A DNA stretch of 64,000 nt from an uncultured Pseudobdellovibrionaceae bacterium (GTDB taxonomy: Bacteria > Bdellovibrionota > Bdellovibrionia > Bdellovibrionales > UBA1609). The DNA lies in NCBI GenBank assembly GCA_963803705.1, contig CAWDNU010000001.1, positions 608,001 to 672,000 of the forward strand. The letters are read 5' to 3'. The notes below the pieces were generated by a model. The model searched no databases and was not told where the DNA came from. It worked only from the letters and a program-made list of their open reading frames with translations. Each line of letters starts with the position of its first letter. The stretch's first letter is position 1. A program made the translations under genes and the position numbers. Below, piece after piece: positions 51,381 to 61,575 of the stretch.

Positions 51381-52808
51381 ATGAGTTTAAAGCACCGAAT
51401 CTTAGTTGTTGATGATGAAGAATCAATAAGAGAATTTCTGGAAATTATGCTTAAAAAAGAAGGTTACACAGTGACTTGCGCCGAAAATGGAAAAGTCGCT
51501 AAAGAGATTTTAGAAAAAAAATCTTTTGATCTTGTTATTTCAGATTTTCAGATGCCAGAAATGACAGGAATGGAATTATTAAAGTATGTCAAGGATAATT
51601 TGCCACAAACAATTTTTATGATGATTACAGCATTTGGAACAACTGAGTCAGCAGTTGAAGCTATGAAAATAGGGGCCTACGATTACATCACCAAACCGTT
51701 TAAAATTGATGAAGTAAGAATTAATATCGCAAACGCTTTGCGCAGTCTATCTTTGGAAAAAGAAAACAGACATCTTAAAAAAGAGCTTGTTAGAGAGTAT
51801 AATTTTGGAAATCTAATTGGAAACACGGATGTTATGCACGAGGTTTTTAGCTTAATACAAAGAGTAAGTGCTGCGCCAACAAATATATTGATCACTGGTG
51901 AAAGTGGAACAGGTAAAGAGGTCATAGCTAAAGCTATTCACTACAATGGCAGCTCTAAGGAAAGACCTTTTATAACAGTCAACTGTGGAGCTATACCAGA
52001 AAACCTTATGGAGTCTGAAATGTTCGGTCACAAAAAAGGTGCTTTCACGGGCGCGGTGGTTGATAAAGAGGGTTTGTTTGAAGCTGCCAACGGGGGAACA
52101 CTATTCTTAGATGAAATTGGTGAGCTTCCGTTAAATATGCAGGTGAAGGTGTTAAGGGCTATACAAGAACGAGTTGTAAGGCGTGTTGGAGGTAATGAAG
52201 ATACTCGCGTGGACGTAAGACTAATTGCTGCCACCAACCGTGATCTTCAACCGATGGTTACTGAAAATACATTTAGGCAAGACTTATACTATCGTTTAAA
52301 TGTTATTCAAATAATGGCTCCATCGCTAAGAGAAAGAGTTGCAGATATTCCTTTGTTAGCAAATCACTTTTTAAAAAAATATAATGATCGCTTGGGTAAA
52401 AATATTCAGGGTATCACGGCTGAAGCCATGCAGTCTTTAAAGGCTTACAATTATCCAGGTAACGTTAGAGAGCTTGAAAACGTTATTGAAAGAACTGTGG
52501 CATTAGAGCCAGGCTCGTCAATTTTACCAGAGAGTTTACCCGCTTTCGTAAATACAAGCGAAGGTAGAAAACTCGTTTCAAGCCATGAAATCGAAGTTAC
52601 CGATGATGGTGTCGATTTGGAAAAAATACTTGGCCAAATTGAAAAGGAACTGTTGATTAAAGCAATGCACACATCAGGCGGAGTTAAAAAGCGTGCAGCC
52701 AAACTGCTTAGCATTACTTTTAGATCGATGAGATATCGAGCCGAAAAACATGACTTAAAAGCCTTGATGGAAGATGAAGGCGACGACGAAAGTGCAGAGG
52801 CCGTATAA
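51381..52808 (+). CDS. pilR: Sigma-54-dependent response regulator PilR
   Basis: Receiver, GESGTGKE, GAFTGA, PilR-type HTH AAKLLSITFRSMRYR. Confidence 0.9.
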   Translation: MSLKHRILVVDDEESIREFLEIMLKKEGYTVTCAENGKVAKEILEKKSFDLVISDFQMPEMTGMELLKYVKDNLPQTIFMMITAFGTTESAVEAMKIGAYDYITKPFKIDEVRINIANALRSLSLEKENRHLKKELVREYNFGNLIGNTDVMHEVFSLIQRVSAAPTNILITGESGTGKEVIAKAIHYNGSSKERPFITVNCGAIPENLMESEMFGHKKGAFTGAVVDKEGLFEAANGGTLFLDEIGELPLNMQVKVLRAIQERVVRRVGGNEDTRVDVRLIAATNRDLQPMVTENTFRQDLYYRLNVIQIMAPSLRERVADIPLLANHFLKKYNDRLGKNIQGITAEAMQSLKAYNYPGNVRELENVIERTVALEPGSSILPESLPAFVNTSEGRKLVSSHEIEVTDDGVDLEKILGQIEKELLIKAMHTSGGVKKRAAKLLSITFRSMRYRAEKHDLKALMEDEGDDESAEAV

Positions 52809-52818
52809 TTAGCAAAAT

Positions 52819-53676
52819 TTACTTTTCAGCATAATTGTATAAAAGTGCGCCGTTCATGCAACTTAGCATAAGTGCTTGTTGAGACGGTGGAAAGGTTATG
52901 CAACCTTCACTGTATCCTATAGAGTCTTTGTCTTCGATATGTTCGGTTACATATTTAGCTGTGTGTAAAACCACATAACGGCGCCTAGCGTTGTTATTGG
53001 TACATGATAATCCGTCTAATTTAATTCCATTATTCGGTCCTGGTCCAAATGTATCTTTTTGACTAGTGTAACTAGCGCCTGTCAAATAAAATCCCAGTGA
53101 CGTTTGTAATGAGCCGGGGGAATTTGAAAATCTTGCTGCCCTTAAAGAGTCTTCCTTTTCGTTCGAGCCTTTTCCGTGAGCCGTGTAGAAGCTATATATT
53201 TTCTCTTCTTTTAGTTTAAAAATATGAAGTCTTTTTTGCAGTTTAGTTTTTGTATAATCTGCGACGATAATGCAATCTTGATTGCGTATATTCTTCGTAT
53301 TTTTCAAATTATCTTTGCTCAAGCATAAATCTTTTCTAATCAACTGTTCTTTGTGTTTTAAAAAAAATTCAAACGCATTATTTACCGCATTGGAATTTAT
53401 ATCAGGATTAATCAATGCATCCTTATATATTTTTGCGTACGGACTGTCTTCCGGTACTACCAATTCTTGTACACTGCCCACTGGTAATGTCTTAAGTGGA
53501 GGCTGCCGTTTTAAAAAAGTGCTGTTATTAGGCCCTTTGGTTTTTAATGGAGCATTGTTTGTAACATCAACCTTCGATTGAATTTTGGGACTGGTAAAGT
53601 TACACCCAATAATTTGAAGCAAGGCTGTCAAAGTTAACACGACTAAAGTAAAATATAAGGCAATTTTTGAAAACAT
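52819..53676 (-). CDS. Murein L,D-transpeptidase catalytic-domain lipoprotein (YkuD_2-like)
   Basis: AHGKGS, FSN.PGS.QTSLGFY, LDGL..TNNNAR.R.VVLH.A.YV, G.SEGC. Confidence 0.85.
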   Translation of the reverse strand: MFSKIALYFTLVVLTLTALLQIIGCNFTSPKIQSKVDVTNNAPLKTKGPNNSTFLKRQPPLKTLPVGSVQELVVPEDSPYAKIYKDALINPDINSNAVNNAFEFFLKHKEQLIRKDLCLSKDNLKNTKNIRNQDCIIVADYTKTKLQKRLHIFKLKEEKIYSFYTAHGKGSNEKEDSLRAARFSNSPGSLQTSLGFYLTGASYTSQKDTFGPGPNNGIKLDGLSCTNNNARRRYVVLHTAKYVTEHIEDKDSIGYSEGCITFPPSQQALMLSCMNGALLYNYAEK

Positions 53677-53804
53677 ATTAAAAATATAGAACCGAAATTT
53701 AATATATGCAATTGGTGCCGAAATGCTTGTGTCAGGACTTTTGCTGGGGTATCAAAATGAAGCTAGCAAAGGGCAATTTCAAACTTTCTTTGTAGGAGTT
53801 TTAC

Positions 53805-54773
53805 TTGGGACCAGTCACATCTTATTTAAAAGATCATTTTAGGCATTTTAATGCTGCCGCCTTGGTAGATGCAGCAGAGGGTTACAAGCTGCATAAATTA
53901 AAAAATGGTAAAATGATGGTGACTATGGCTGGTGCCATGAGTACAGCAGAAATAGGCCGAAGCTTTGCCGAGATGATAAGAAAAGATCAAGTAGATATTA
54001 TTTCTTGCACTGGAGCAAATTTAGAAGAGGACCTTATGAACCTTGTGGCTCACAAATCTTATAAAAGAGTTCCGCATTATCGTGACCTATCCCCCCAAGA
54101 TGAAGAAGAACTTTTATCCGGTGGGTTTAACCGCGTTACTGACACTTGTATTCCTGAGGAAGAGGCCTTCCGTCGGCTAGAAAAGCACATTTTAAAAATG
54201 TGGAGTAGCGCTGAAGACAAAAACGAACGTTACTTCCCACATGAGTATATGTATCAAATGCTGCTTTCTGGAGTGCTTGAGCCTTACTACGAAATAGATC
54301 CTAAAAATTCCTGGATGTTAGCTGCTGCAAAAGCAAATATTCCTATTGTTGTGCCGGGTTGGGAAGACTCTACTATGGGTAATATTTTTGCCGGTTACTG
54401 TTTACAAAATGAATTAAAACCATCCACTGTAAAATCCGGTATTGAATACATGACCTGGCTAGCTACATGGTATCAGGAGAATGCGACGGGTGAGGGCATC
54501 GGATTCTTTCAGATTGGCGGTGGCATAGCAGGTGATTTTCCAATCTGTGTGGTGCCGATGTTAAATCAAGATCTGAAAATTAAGGGCGTGCCCATTTGGC
54601 AGTATTTCTGTCAAATTAGCGACTCTACTACGAGTTACGGTTCTTATTCTGGAGCAGTTCCTAACGAAAAGATCACTTGGGGAAAATTGGCAGCCACGAC
54701 GCCCAAATTTGTCATCGAATCAGACGCTAGTATTGTCGCGCCGCTTATTTTTGCCTACATTCTAGGCCACTAG
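53805..54773 (+). CDS. Deoxyhypusine synthase family protein (bacterial; possible homospermidine synthase)
   Basis: AGAMSTAE, TGANLEED, NRVTD, PGWEDS, IGGG, GSYSGAVPNEKITWGK. Confidence 0.92.
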   Translation: MGPVTSYLKDHFRHFNAAALVDAAEGYKLHKLKNGKMMVTMAGAMSTAEIGRSFAEMIRKDQVDIISCTGANLEEDLMNLVAHKSYKRVPHYRDLSPQDEEELLSGGFNRVTDTCIPEEEAFRRLEKHILKMWSSAEDKNERYFPHEYMYQMLLSGVLEPYYEIDPKNSWMLAAAKANIPIVVPGWEDSTMGNIFAGYCLQNELKPSTVKSGIEYMTWLATWYQENATGEGIGFFQIGGGIAGDFPICVVPMLNQDLKIKGVPIWQYFCQISDSTTSYGSYSGAVPNEKITWGKLAATTPKFVIESDASIVAPLIFAYILGH

Positions 54774-54873
54774 TCACAGCCGGTTTCTAAATGCTGGCTC
54801 AACTTAAAGATATTGCTTTCATAGATACAAAACAGTGAGTGTCTGTGGGCATAAGATGTGCAAAAGTAGAAGC

Positions 54874-55584
54874 ATGAAACTTGATCTTTTTAAAAATACG
54901 TCTTTATTTTTTCTTGTAGTCTTAATCTCTCAGCTGGCATATGGTTTGCCGAACCATTGCCCTCAAAAAACTGATGGTGTCCCATACAACGCTAAATTTC
55001 ATAAAAAAATAAACACTGCTGTAATCAGTCGAAGTTATGCAAATTCATATTTCAACATGTTGAAAACTATGGAACCCAGTGTTCCATTCAACTACGTACT
55101 AGATGGTTGCGATATGCGTGCTTTGCTTATTTCTAAATGGCTTTTAGAACATAACGGCATTCAAACCTTTAGAGTCGCTATCGAAGCCGAGCAAGGCTAT
55201 TTTTATCCCGAAACAAAGTATGCACAAGAGGGTCTGGTTGAGCTAAGCCGTCACACTGCTGCGGGCTTCTGTGTCGTAAACCCAGAGTCAAATATAGTAG
55301 AGCCTTTTATATTAGATCCTTCTTTCTTTGATAAACCGGTGCACTTAGCAACTTGGTTTGCTAAATTCCCATCAGAACCTGGCACTAAAATTAAGGCATA
55401 CTATGGCAATATGTACTCTTTGCACCCAGGTTCAAGTCGCGCACACTTTTTAGGTGCAGAATTGCAAGAGGTTGAAAGACTTCGGCAAGCCTTTACGGCA
55501 GAACAAAGTCGAATGCGTAGAATTGGAGAGATGCCTTACGGCATCGGAAGATCCAGAGGTTCGTATCCTAGCGATTACAAATAA
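54874..55584 (+). CDS. Secreted protein-glutamine glutaminase-like enzyme (second paralog)
   Basis: Signal peptide; VPFNYVLDGCDMRA (Cys), RHTAA (His), ILDPS (Asp). Confidence 0.68.
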   Translation: MKLDLFKNTSLFFLVVLISQLAYGLPNHCPQKTDGVPYNAKFHKKINTAVISRSYANSYFNMLKTMEPSVPFNYVLDGCDMRALLISKWLLEHNGIQTFRVAIEAEQGYFYPETKYAQEGLVELSRHTAAGFCVVNPESNIVEPFILDPSFFDKPVHLATWFAKFPSEPGTKIKAYYGNMYSLHPGSSRAHFLGAELQEVERLRQAFTAEQSRMRRIGEMPYGIGRSRGSYPSDYK

Positions 55585-55588
55585 GTAT

Positions 55589-56089
55589 TTAAACTTGTGA
55601 ATCAAGATTAGCTAAGTCCTTCAAGGCTTCACCTGTTACACGTTGGGCCGTCCAGCCATCCATAGGCTTTGCGCCGATGGATCTGTAAAAATCAAGGGCC
55701 AACTTATTCCAATCCAAAACTGACCATTCTAAGCGACCGCAGTCTCTTTCTAAAGAAATTTTAGCCAAGTGTGCTAGTAGAAGTTTACCATAACCCTTCC
55801 CGCGAAATTTTGGTTTAACGAAAAGATCTTCAAGGTGTATGCCTGGTCGGCCCAAGAAAGTAGAAAAATTATGAAAGAAAATAGCTATACCAGCCTTTAC
55901 TTTATTTTCTTCTAAAAACAAAACTTCTGCGAAAGGGTTAGGTCCAAACAAGTTTTTTATAAGTGTGGCTTCATCTGTTTTAACTTCGTGTTCTAGTTTT
56001 TCATAAAGAGCTAAGTCTTTTATGAAAAATAAAATTTCGGAAACATCTAGCTTTGTGGCAAATTTAATTTCGACGCCCATAACCTTCAA
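55589..56089 (-). CDS. GNAT N-acetyltransferase (diamine/SSAT-like)
   Basis: LA.YEK, FSTFLGRPGIHLEDLFV.P.FRGKGYG, RLEWSVLDWN, FY..IGA. Confidence 0.9.
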   Translation of the reverse strand: MKVMGVEIKFATKLDVSEILFFIKDLALYEKLEHEVKTDEATLIKNLFGPNPFAEVLFLEENKVKAGIAIFFHNFSTFLGRPGIHLEDLFVKPKFRGKGYGKLLLAHLAKISLERDCGRLEWSVLDWNKLALDFYRSIGAKPMDGWTAQRVTGEALKDLANLDSQV

Positions 56090-57144
56090 ACCACTTTGGT
56101 TAGAGTATCAGTTTTAGTTTTCGACTTGATATGATAGAGACTATGAAAAAATGCAGCTGATATAATGATCAAGCCTAGCCCGCCAGAAACGACTTCAGGA
56201 ACATGAACTGTTATACTTACGAACATAACAATTGATAAAAGACCAATAGCCCAGAATGCTCCGTGTTCAAGAAAAACGTAAGAACTTAAAGAGCCTTTTT
56301 CAACCATTAAAATAGTGAAGCTTCTTACATACAACGCTCCAATACCTAGTCCAATTGCAATAATAAGTGGATTAGAAGTGATCGCGAAAGCAGCGATTAC
56401 TCCATCGAAACTAAAGGAAGCGTCAAGAATTTCTAAATAAATAAATAACCCTAAACTTTGTTTGCCTAAATCAACTGCTCCTTGGTTACCATCCATACTA
56501 AGGACGTCGCCTATTAATTTCACGGCAATAAAGGTAACAACACCGGCTAAACCACAAAATAAAACGGTGTTACTTAAAGCGGGATCGACATACCTAGAAA
56601 GAATAAGAAGTCCAACTAGGGTGACACCAACTTCCGTTGATTTAACAGCTCCTAGACGGGCAAGCCTGCGTTCTATAAATGAAATCCAGTAAACTTCTTT
56701 CTCTGCATCAAAAAAGTAGTTTAAAGCTACAAGGGCCAAGAATACCCCACCGAAAGAAGCTACTTGAGGGTGAACAGAAAGCATGATTTCAGCGTACTTA
56801 GAGGGGTCATTTAAGGCTAAATTAATTGCAGAAATAGGACCTAAAGCGGCAGCAAAGCAAACTATAGCGATAGGAAAAACTAAGCGCATCCCAAAAACTG
56901 CAATTAAAATTCCCCAAGTTAAAAATCGCCTTTGCCAAATTGGGGTCATTTTTCTTAGCACGGAAGCATTTACGATAGCGTTATCGAAAGAAATCGTAGT
57001 TTCAAGTAAGGCTAAAATACCTGCAGTGAAAAGAAACTGCAGACCCATAATCCATGATCCTGAGTCATTGAATCCTAAAAACACAGCCAAAGCTAAACCG
57101 ACGGCAGTTAAAAAAAATGTAAGATAAAAGTCCTTAGTTATCAT
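56086..57144 (-). CDS. TerC-like integral membrane protein (DUF475)
   Basis: LE..SFDNAIVNA, RRFLTWGILIAVFGMR, YLEILDASFSFDGV, LEHGAFWAI. Confidence 0.9.
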   Translation of the reverse strand: MITKDFYLTFFLTAVGLALAVFLGFNDSGSWIMGLQFLFTAGILALLETTISFDNAIVNASVLRKMTPIWQRRFLTWGILIAVFGMRLVFPIAIVCFAAALGPISAINLALNDPSKYAEIMLSVHPQVASFGGVFLALVALNYFFDAEKEVYWISFIERRLARLGAVKSTEVGVTLVGLLILSRYVDPALSNTVLFCGLAGVVTFIAVKLIGDVLSMDGNQGAVDLGKQSLGLFIYLEILDASFSFDGVIAAFAITSNPLIIAIGLGIGALYVRSFTILMVEKGSLSSYVFLEHGAFWAIGLLSIVMFVSITVHVPEVVSGGLGLIIISAAFFHSLYHIKSKTKTDTLTKVV

Positions 57145-57322
57145 GATAGGAACCTATACCAAAAGTAAATTTCAGTATACTTTAATTTTTGTATTTAAAG
57201 TGCTGGACGCTCTTTGATCAGATTCGCGTCTTTTAAGATCCCCTTTAACACAGATAACTGAATAGGCCTGGCATTTAGTGATTTTTGTTCTATTTACAAA
57301 TTAAGATGGTTAAAAATAAGTC

Positions 57323-58048
57323 TTAAAAATTAGAAATCAGTCCCACTAAATGTGGCTCATCAATAAAAGGATTTCGGTTACCCTGATAGCCTTCTACTTG
57401 ATCATTTCTAAGAAGTTCCTGGGTATCAACAGGATCTTGATAGTGCCACTGCCTTAAGGCACTTTCTTCAGAATCGGAAATAGAGATTTTGTATCGAACT
57501 GAAAAATAAAAAAGTGCTCTTGCAACGTTTCCCTTGTGTTTTGCAGGTGGCTCGAATGTGCGCTGGCCATTTTTGTCATACCCAATGTGGGATTGAGGAC
57601 ACTTAGTATACGATGTGTCTTCGACAACTTCGCCAAAGGGGTAATTACCCCGGATACTATTTAGCTGCGAGTCGGTTGGATATAGGTGGTGCAAATCAGA
57701 TTTTTGTGACCTACGGTCCGAACCGCCAAATTTGCTTTGCGGCCAAGTGTGCTCGACATTGATAACATTGTTATTAGGAATTTTACCCAAACCAGGGGAC
57801 ATATAATCAGCTTCGCAGTAGACATCTTTGACGAAATAATTATCATTTTTCATGATAATAGCCATGTGACCTAGCAGGCTTCGACGGGCCTGTTTATAAC
57901 TTATCGAATAGTGGTTATGGCTGGTTTCATCAAAGAGCTGATCTCTTAAATCAGATACTTTAGATCCACTACTCAAACTATAAGACTGGGTTGAAAACAA
58001 AAGGGCGAACGAAAGTATAAAAATACTTCTTGTAACCACGATGTGCAT
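57323..58048 (-). CDS. Secreted endonuclease I family nuclease
   Basis: NVEHTWPQS, SDLHHLYP, NS.RGN, KGNVARALFYF, QGNRNPFID; start at 58048 gives a signal peptide. Confidence 0.9.
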   Translation of the reverse strand: MHIVVTRSIFILSFALLFSTQSYSLSSGSKVSDLRDQLFDETSHNHYSISYKQARRSLLGHMAIIMKNDNYFVKDVYCEADYMSPGLGKIPNNNVINVEHTWPQSKFGGSDRRSQKSDLHHLYPTDSQLNSIRGNYPFGEVVEDTSYTKCPQSHIGYDKNGQRTFEPPAKHKGNVARALFYFSVRYKISISDSEESALRQWHYQDPVDTQELLRNDQVEGYQGNRNPFIDEPHLVGLISNF

Positions 58049-58334
58049 CCTTGCTTGGGTTTGAATAATTGTTTCAACCAGTGGTAGATTCGTCAAATTA
58101 AAAAAAGGTAAATTTTGTTTGATCTCTGTTAAGTGCAGATTTAAACGGTAAGGCTTCAAATTTTTTAAAGTGCCCAAATTACATAGGCGCTAGACCTATG
58201 TCCCGTTGGGATTCTAACTGTTTACTTTCACCCAACTGACTTTGTGCACCCAATGGCTAAAAGAGGTATTCGTGAAACTAAACCTGATGGTAGCTACTTT
58301 TCAAGTCCACCTTATAGGTAGCGGTCAACTGGCA

Positions 58335-59265
58335 TCACTTTTCTTTGTGCAAAGTAAAGAAGCTAAGTTCTGGTCTGCAATTGATGCGCACAGGTAATTT
58401 GCTAAAACCTATGCCTCGATTAACATAAAGTTTCGCATCACCTGATTTGTAGTTGGGGATCCAGCCGTCTCCTTTTACCTCGTCAGGGCTTTGCGGTACA
58501 AGCGAAGTCCAGCTCCAATTTGGAAAACCAGGGATACGCGATTTGTCCCCCATGGGTGTGCCCAGCCATAGCAAACTGAATCTTTGCAGCGCTCGTGTCT
58601 TTTAAGGAGTTCGCATTGTGCATAAATAAAATTCGTGGGTTATCACCAACGTTTGAAAGTGCTTTATCTAAGTCACTCATTTTTGGGTAAAATGGTGCCA
58701 CGCCGACAATGTGTAAGTCTTGGTCCCTGATCGTCAGCTTGACTGATTGATTGTGCAAGACCTTGATTCCAACAGTTTCAAGCCTCTTGGTTAAAAATTC
58801 AGCCGATTCATTGACCATTCGAGCGCTGTGCGTACCCATCGAATAATCATGGTTTCCTAAAACTGCTAACACTTTTATGCCGTTGGCAGGCAAAGGCTTT
58901 AAAATTGTGATCACAGTATCAATTAGTTTTTCAGTTCTGACTTTGTCATCCTTTTGCCAATCATCTTTAGCGTCATCCTTATCATCATCAGTGGGGTGAT
59001 AAATAAAATCCCCTCCTATAAGCACAGCCTTTGGTTTTCTTTCAAGAATTTTATCAACGGCTTTGGTAATTGCCGATTCGTTTCCCAACCACATACCTAC
59101 TTGAAAGTCAGAAAGAAAAGCAATTTCAGATCCGATCCACGACGCTTTTAAATTTTTTATTTGAATTTCGTGATCAGTGACTTCAAGCCACCTGGGTTCA
59201 ATTCGGTTTCCCCACAATGCTATCAATCCAATTGTTATAAAAAGTATTCCAACTAGTTTGAGCAT
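58335..59265 (-). CDS. Calcineurin-like metallophosphoesterase (one frameshift near 58539)
   Basis: SDFQ, GGDF, GNHD, HN, GHTHGGQI; continuation RIPG...YVNRGIG...RINCRPE in another frame. Confidence 0.85.
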
Positions 59266-59637
59266 GATTGCATCCTATGATTAGATGTTGAGAAATCAAT
59301 TTAAAAAAATTATTATAGTAGTCAACCTACCTGGTAGTCACCAATTGCAAAAATATTACTCCGATAAACGCATTTTGAAATCCTAGAAATAAAATAAGAG
59401 TAAGGTAGCATAGTTGTAGCCACTAAGATTTATTAAATGAGTTATGACCCATATTTATTCTTTGCTTTGTCCTGACTAAAATTAAAGTTTTGTTTTAATC
59501 TACACATTACGAACACTACTAAAAGTTTTACAAATTTTAAAAGTACTATATTGTGTAATTATTGTATTTCACTACTGTTGAGTCTCAGCGTGTTAGTGTA
59601 GAAATAAATTTTTTATGTCTTCAAAGGAGAAGCACCT

Positions 59638-60621
59638 ATGTCATCAATTAATGTCCAGCAAGTAGCAAGTTCAAAAAAAAATATAATAATGCCTCATCTT
59701 TCAGTGCGTGGCGTCCTAGGTGGAATCCTGATCTCGCTAGCAGTTATGATCACCTTATTAGTAGCTGGTGCTAGTGCAGGACTTGGGATTCTAGATTTCG
59801 AAGGGGGCGTCAGCCTAACTGCAGCATCTTGGGGTATAGGTCTTTGGCTTTTGGTCAGTTTCGTGGCTTCACTTTTTATTGGAAGCTATATCGCAGGTAG
59901 AGTTTCGGGGAATCTAAGTCCAGTAGCAGGGTCGATTAACGGTATGGCTGTTTGGGCCCTAATGACTCTAATTTGTTTTTCAGCAATATCAAGTGGGTTA
60001 GGTAAGGCTGCATCTACAGCAGCTAAAATTCCAGCAGCTGTTGGGGGAATGGTTCCTACCGGAATGCTGAAAGATATTGATGCATTTGCAATGTTAGGTG
60101 ATGTAGACGTTTCACTTAAAGATATTGAAAAGGAAGTCGATAATATCGAAGCACCAGAAATAAAAAAGATGGTAAAAAACGAATATGCTGAACTTAAGTC
60201 AGAATTTTTAAGATTGGCAAAAGCAACTTTGCTAAATCCGAATCGAGCAGACGAAAATCTTTCGAAAATGAGAAGTAGCGTAAAATCATCAATTGCTGAT
60301 TTTAAAGAAAAGCTTGATAGAGATAAAATTGAATCGCTTGTGGCTAAAAACAGCAGCCTTTCTAAAGAAGAGTCAGAAAAAATGACTGAAAAATGGTATG
60401 CGAAAATTCAATCAGTTTCTTCTAAAATAGAGACCCAAATGGACGAGCTCCAAAGAACAGTTAGCCGCGTTCAGGTAAAAGCAGTAGAGACTGCTGATGA
60501 GGTAAAAAATACGGTAGCTACCACTATGTTGGTTTTTTTAATCATGCTTATCGCAGGGTTAATCACCACGATTTTTGGTGGTCAGATGGGCTCTAAAGAC
60601 GCAGTAGTTGTAGAGGTTTAA
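59638..60621 (+). CDS. Membrane protein, YrzE-like N-terminus with helical extracytoplasmic domain
   Basis: GILISLAV..LL..GLG, SLFIGSYIAGR, G.AVWA; 3 N-terminal TM plus a C-terminal TM; AAGGA RBS. Confidence 0.7.
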   Translation: MSSINVQQVASSKKNIIMPHLSVRGVLGGILISLAVMITLLVAGASAGLGILDFEGGVSLTAASWGIGLWLLVSFVASLFIGSYIAGRVSGNLSPVAGSINGMAVWALMTLICFSAISSGLGKAASTAAKIPAAVGGMVPTGMLKDIDAFAMLGDVDVSLKDIEKEVDNIEAPEIKKMVKNEYAELKSEFLRLAKATLLNPNRADENLSKMRSSVKSSIADFKEKLDRDKIESLVAKNSSLSKEESEKMTEKWYAKIQSVSSKIETQMDELQRTVSRVQVKAVETADEVKNTVATTMLVFLIMLIAGLITTIFGGQMGSKDAVVVEV

Positions 60622-60658
60622 AAAACTTCTTAAATTGGAAATTTAGAACACCTAGTAG

Positions 60659-60690
60659 AAAGCCTGATTCTTGTGATCAGGCTTTTTTTT
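60659..60690 (+). terminator. Intrinsic terminator
   Basis: AAAGCCTGAT-TCTTGTG-ATCAGGCTTT followed by a T run. Confidence 0.8.
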
Positions 60691-60831
60691 GTTAGCATAC
60701 AAACCAGAGCTCTCATTTACAGTGGCGAGCTGAGCTTAAAAGTTCTAGTCAGTTATAGGTGTTTTTTGTTTTCTAATGTACGCGGTGCTCTATGCAGTTG
60801 CGTGAGGTGACGCGATCTTAGTCTTGAAAAA

Positions 60832-60907
60832 TGGATGGGATGCCAGGACTCGAACCTGGGAATGCAAGGATCAAAACCTTGTGCCTTACCAACTTGGCTA
60901 CACCCCA
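60832..60907 (-). tRNA. tRNA-Gln(TTG)
   Basis: TGGGGTGTAGCCAAGTTGGTAAGGCA; anticodon arm CAAGG-TTTTGAT-CCTTG; encoded CCA. Confidence 0.96.
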
Positions 60908-61025
60908 ATAAGATGTTTTTACTTCTTACTAATTTTTAGTGAATGTTGGACCGACAAGCAAGGCTAGGGATTTGTTGAGACACATTTTCTGCACAGCGCA
61001 AAAGACAAACTTTAAATTTCGTAGA

Positions 61026-61320
61026 TTAAGAGCCTGTTTTTATATCATCCAATGACGATTCTAGTTCTTTAACTTCTTTTTCGAAAGCTTCAAAAACTGC
61101 ATTTTCAATCATTTCACGTGTCTCTTGATTCAGTGGATGCGCGATATCTTTGAATTGGCCGTCTTTTCTGCGCTTAGATGGCATGGCTACAAACAGCCCC
61201 TCGTGTCCTTTAATAATTTTTAGATCTCTAATTATAAATGCATCATCAATAGTTATAGTGGCGTAGGCTTTCAAGTCGCTCTTCGTTCACTGTAAAAATC
61301 TTAACTTCGGTGATTAACAT
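61026..61320 (-). CDS. spoVG: Septation/nucleic-acid-binding protein SpoVG (one extra base near 61273)
   Basis: MLITEVKIF.VNEERL then KAYATITID...GLFVAMPS..RKDG.FKDIAHP in the next frame; AAGGAG RBS. Confidence 0.9.
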
Positions 61321-61352
61321 GATGCTCTCTCCTTAAACTACTCTTACCGAAC

Positions 61353-61379
61353 TTAACGGAAAAAAACAGAGTAAACTTA
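61353..61379 (-). promoter_or_regulatory. Possible sigma-28-type promoter upstream of spoVG
   Basis: Minus strand TAAG-N15-TCCGTTAA. Confidence 0.3.
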
Positions 61380-61575
61380 AGAACTTAGTAGGGCTCTCAA
61401 ACGAACTGATAACATGGAGTTAAAAACAATGTTCTAAAATGATACGTGCCTAATGCCAGTGAATATACGAAATAGTATTCCTGTTCTTAAAAATGGCTTC
61501 TGGACTAGATCAATCTTCCACAGGCCCTAAAGTAAAAAACTATTAACAGCAAGTCCGTAGGGTTAACAGCTCAAG

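Noticed and set aside
58202..58321. Short open frame on the plus strand (PVGILTVYFHPTDFVHPMAKRG...PPYR)
   Set aside because: No convincing start or RBS and no recognisable family; could be a remnant but is unsupported.
52819..60831. Genomic island integrated at the tRNA-Gln 3' end
   Set aside because: Gene content looks accessory, but I found no duplicate of the tRNA 3' end and no integrase.
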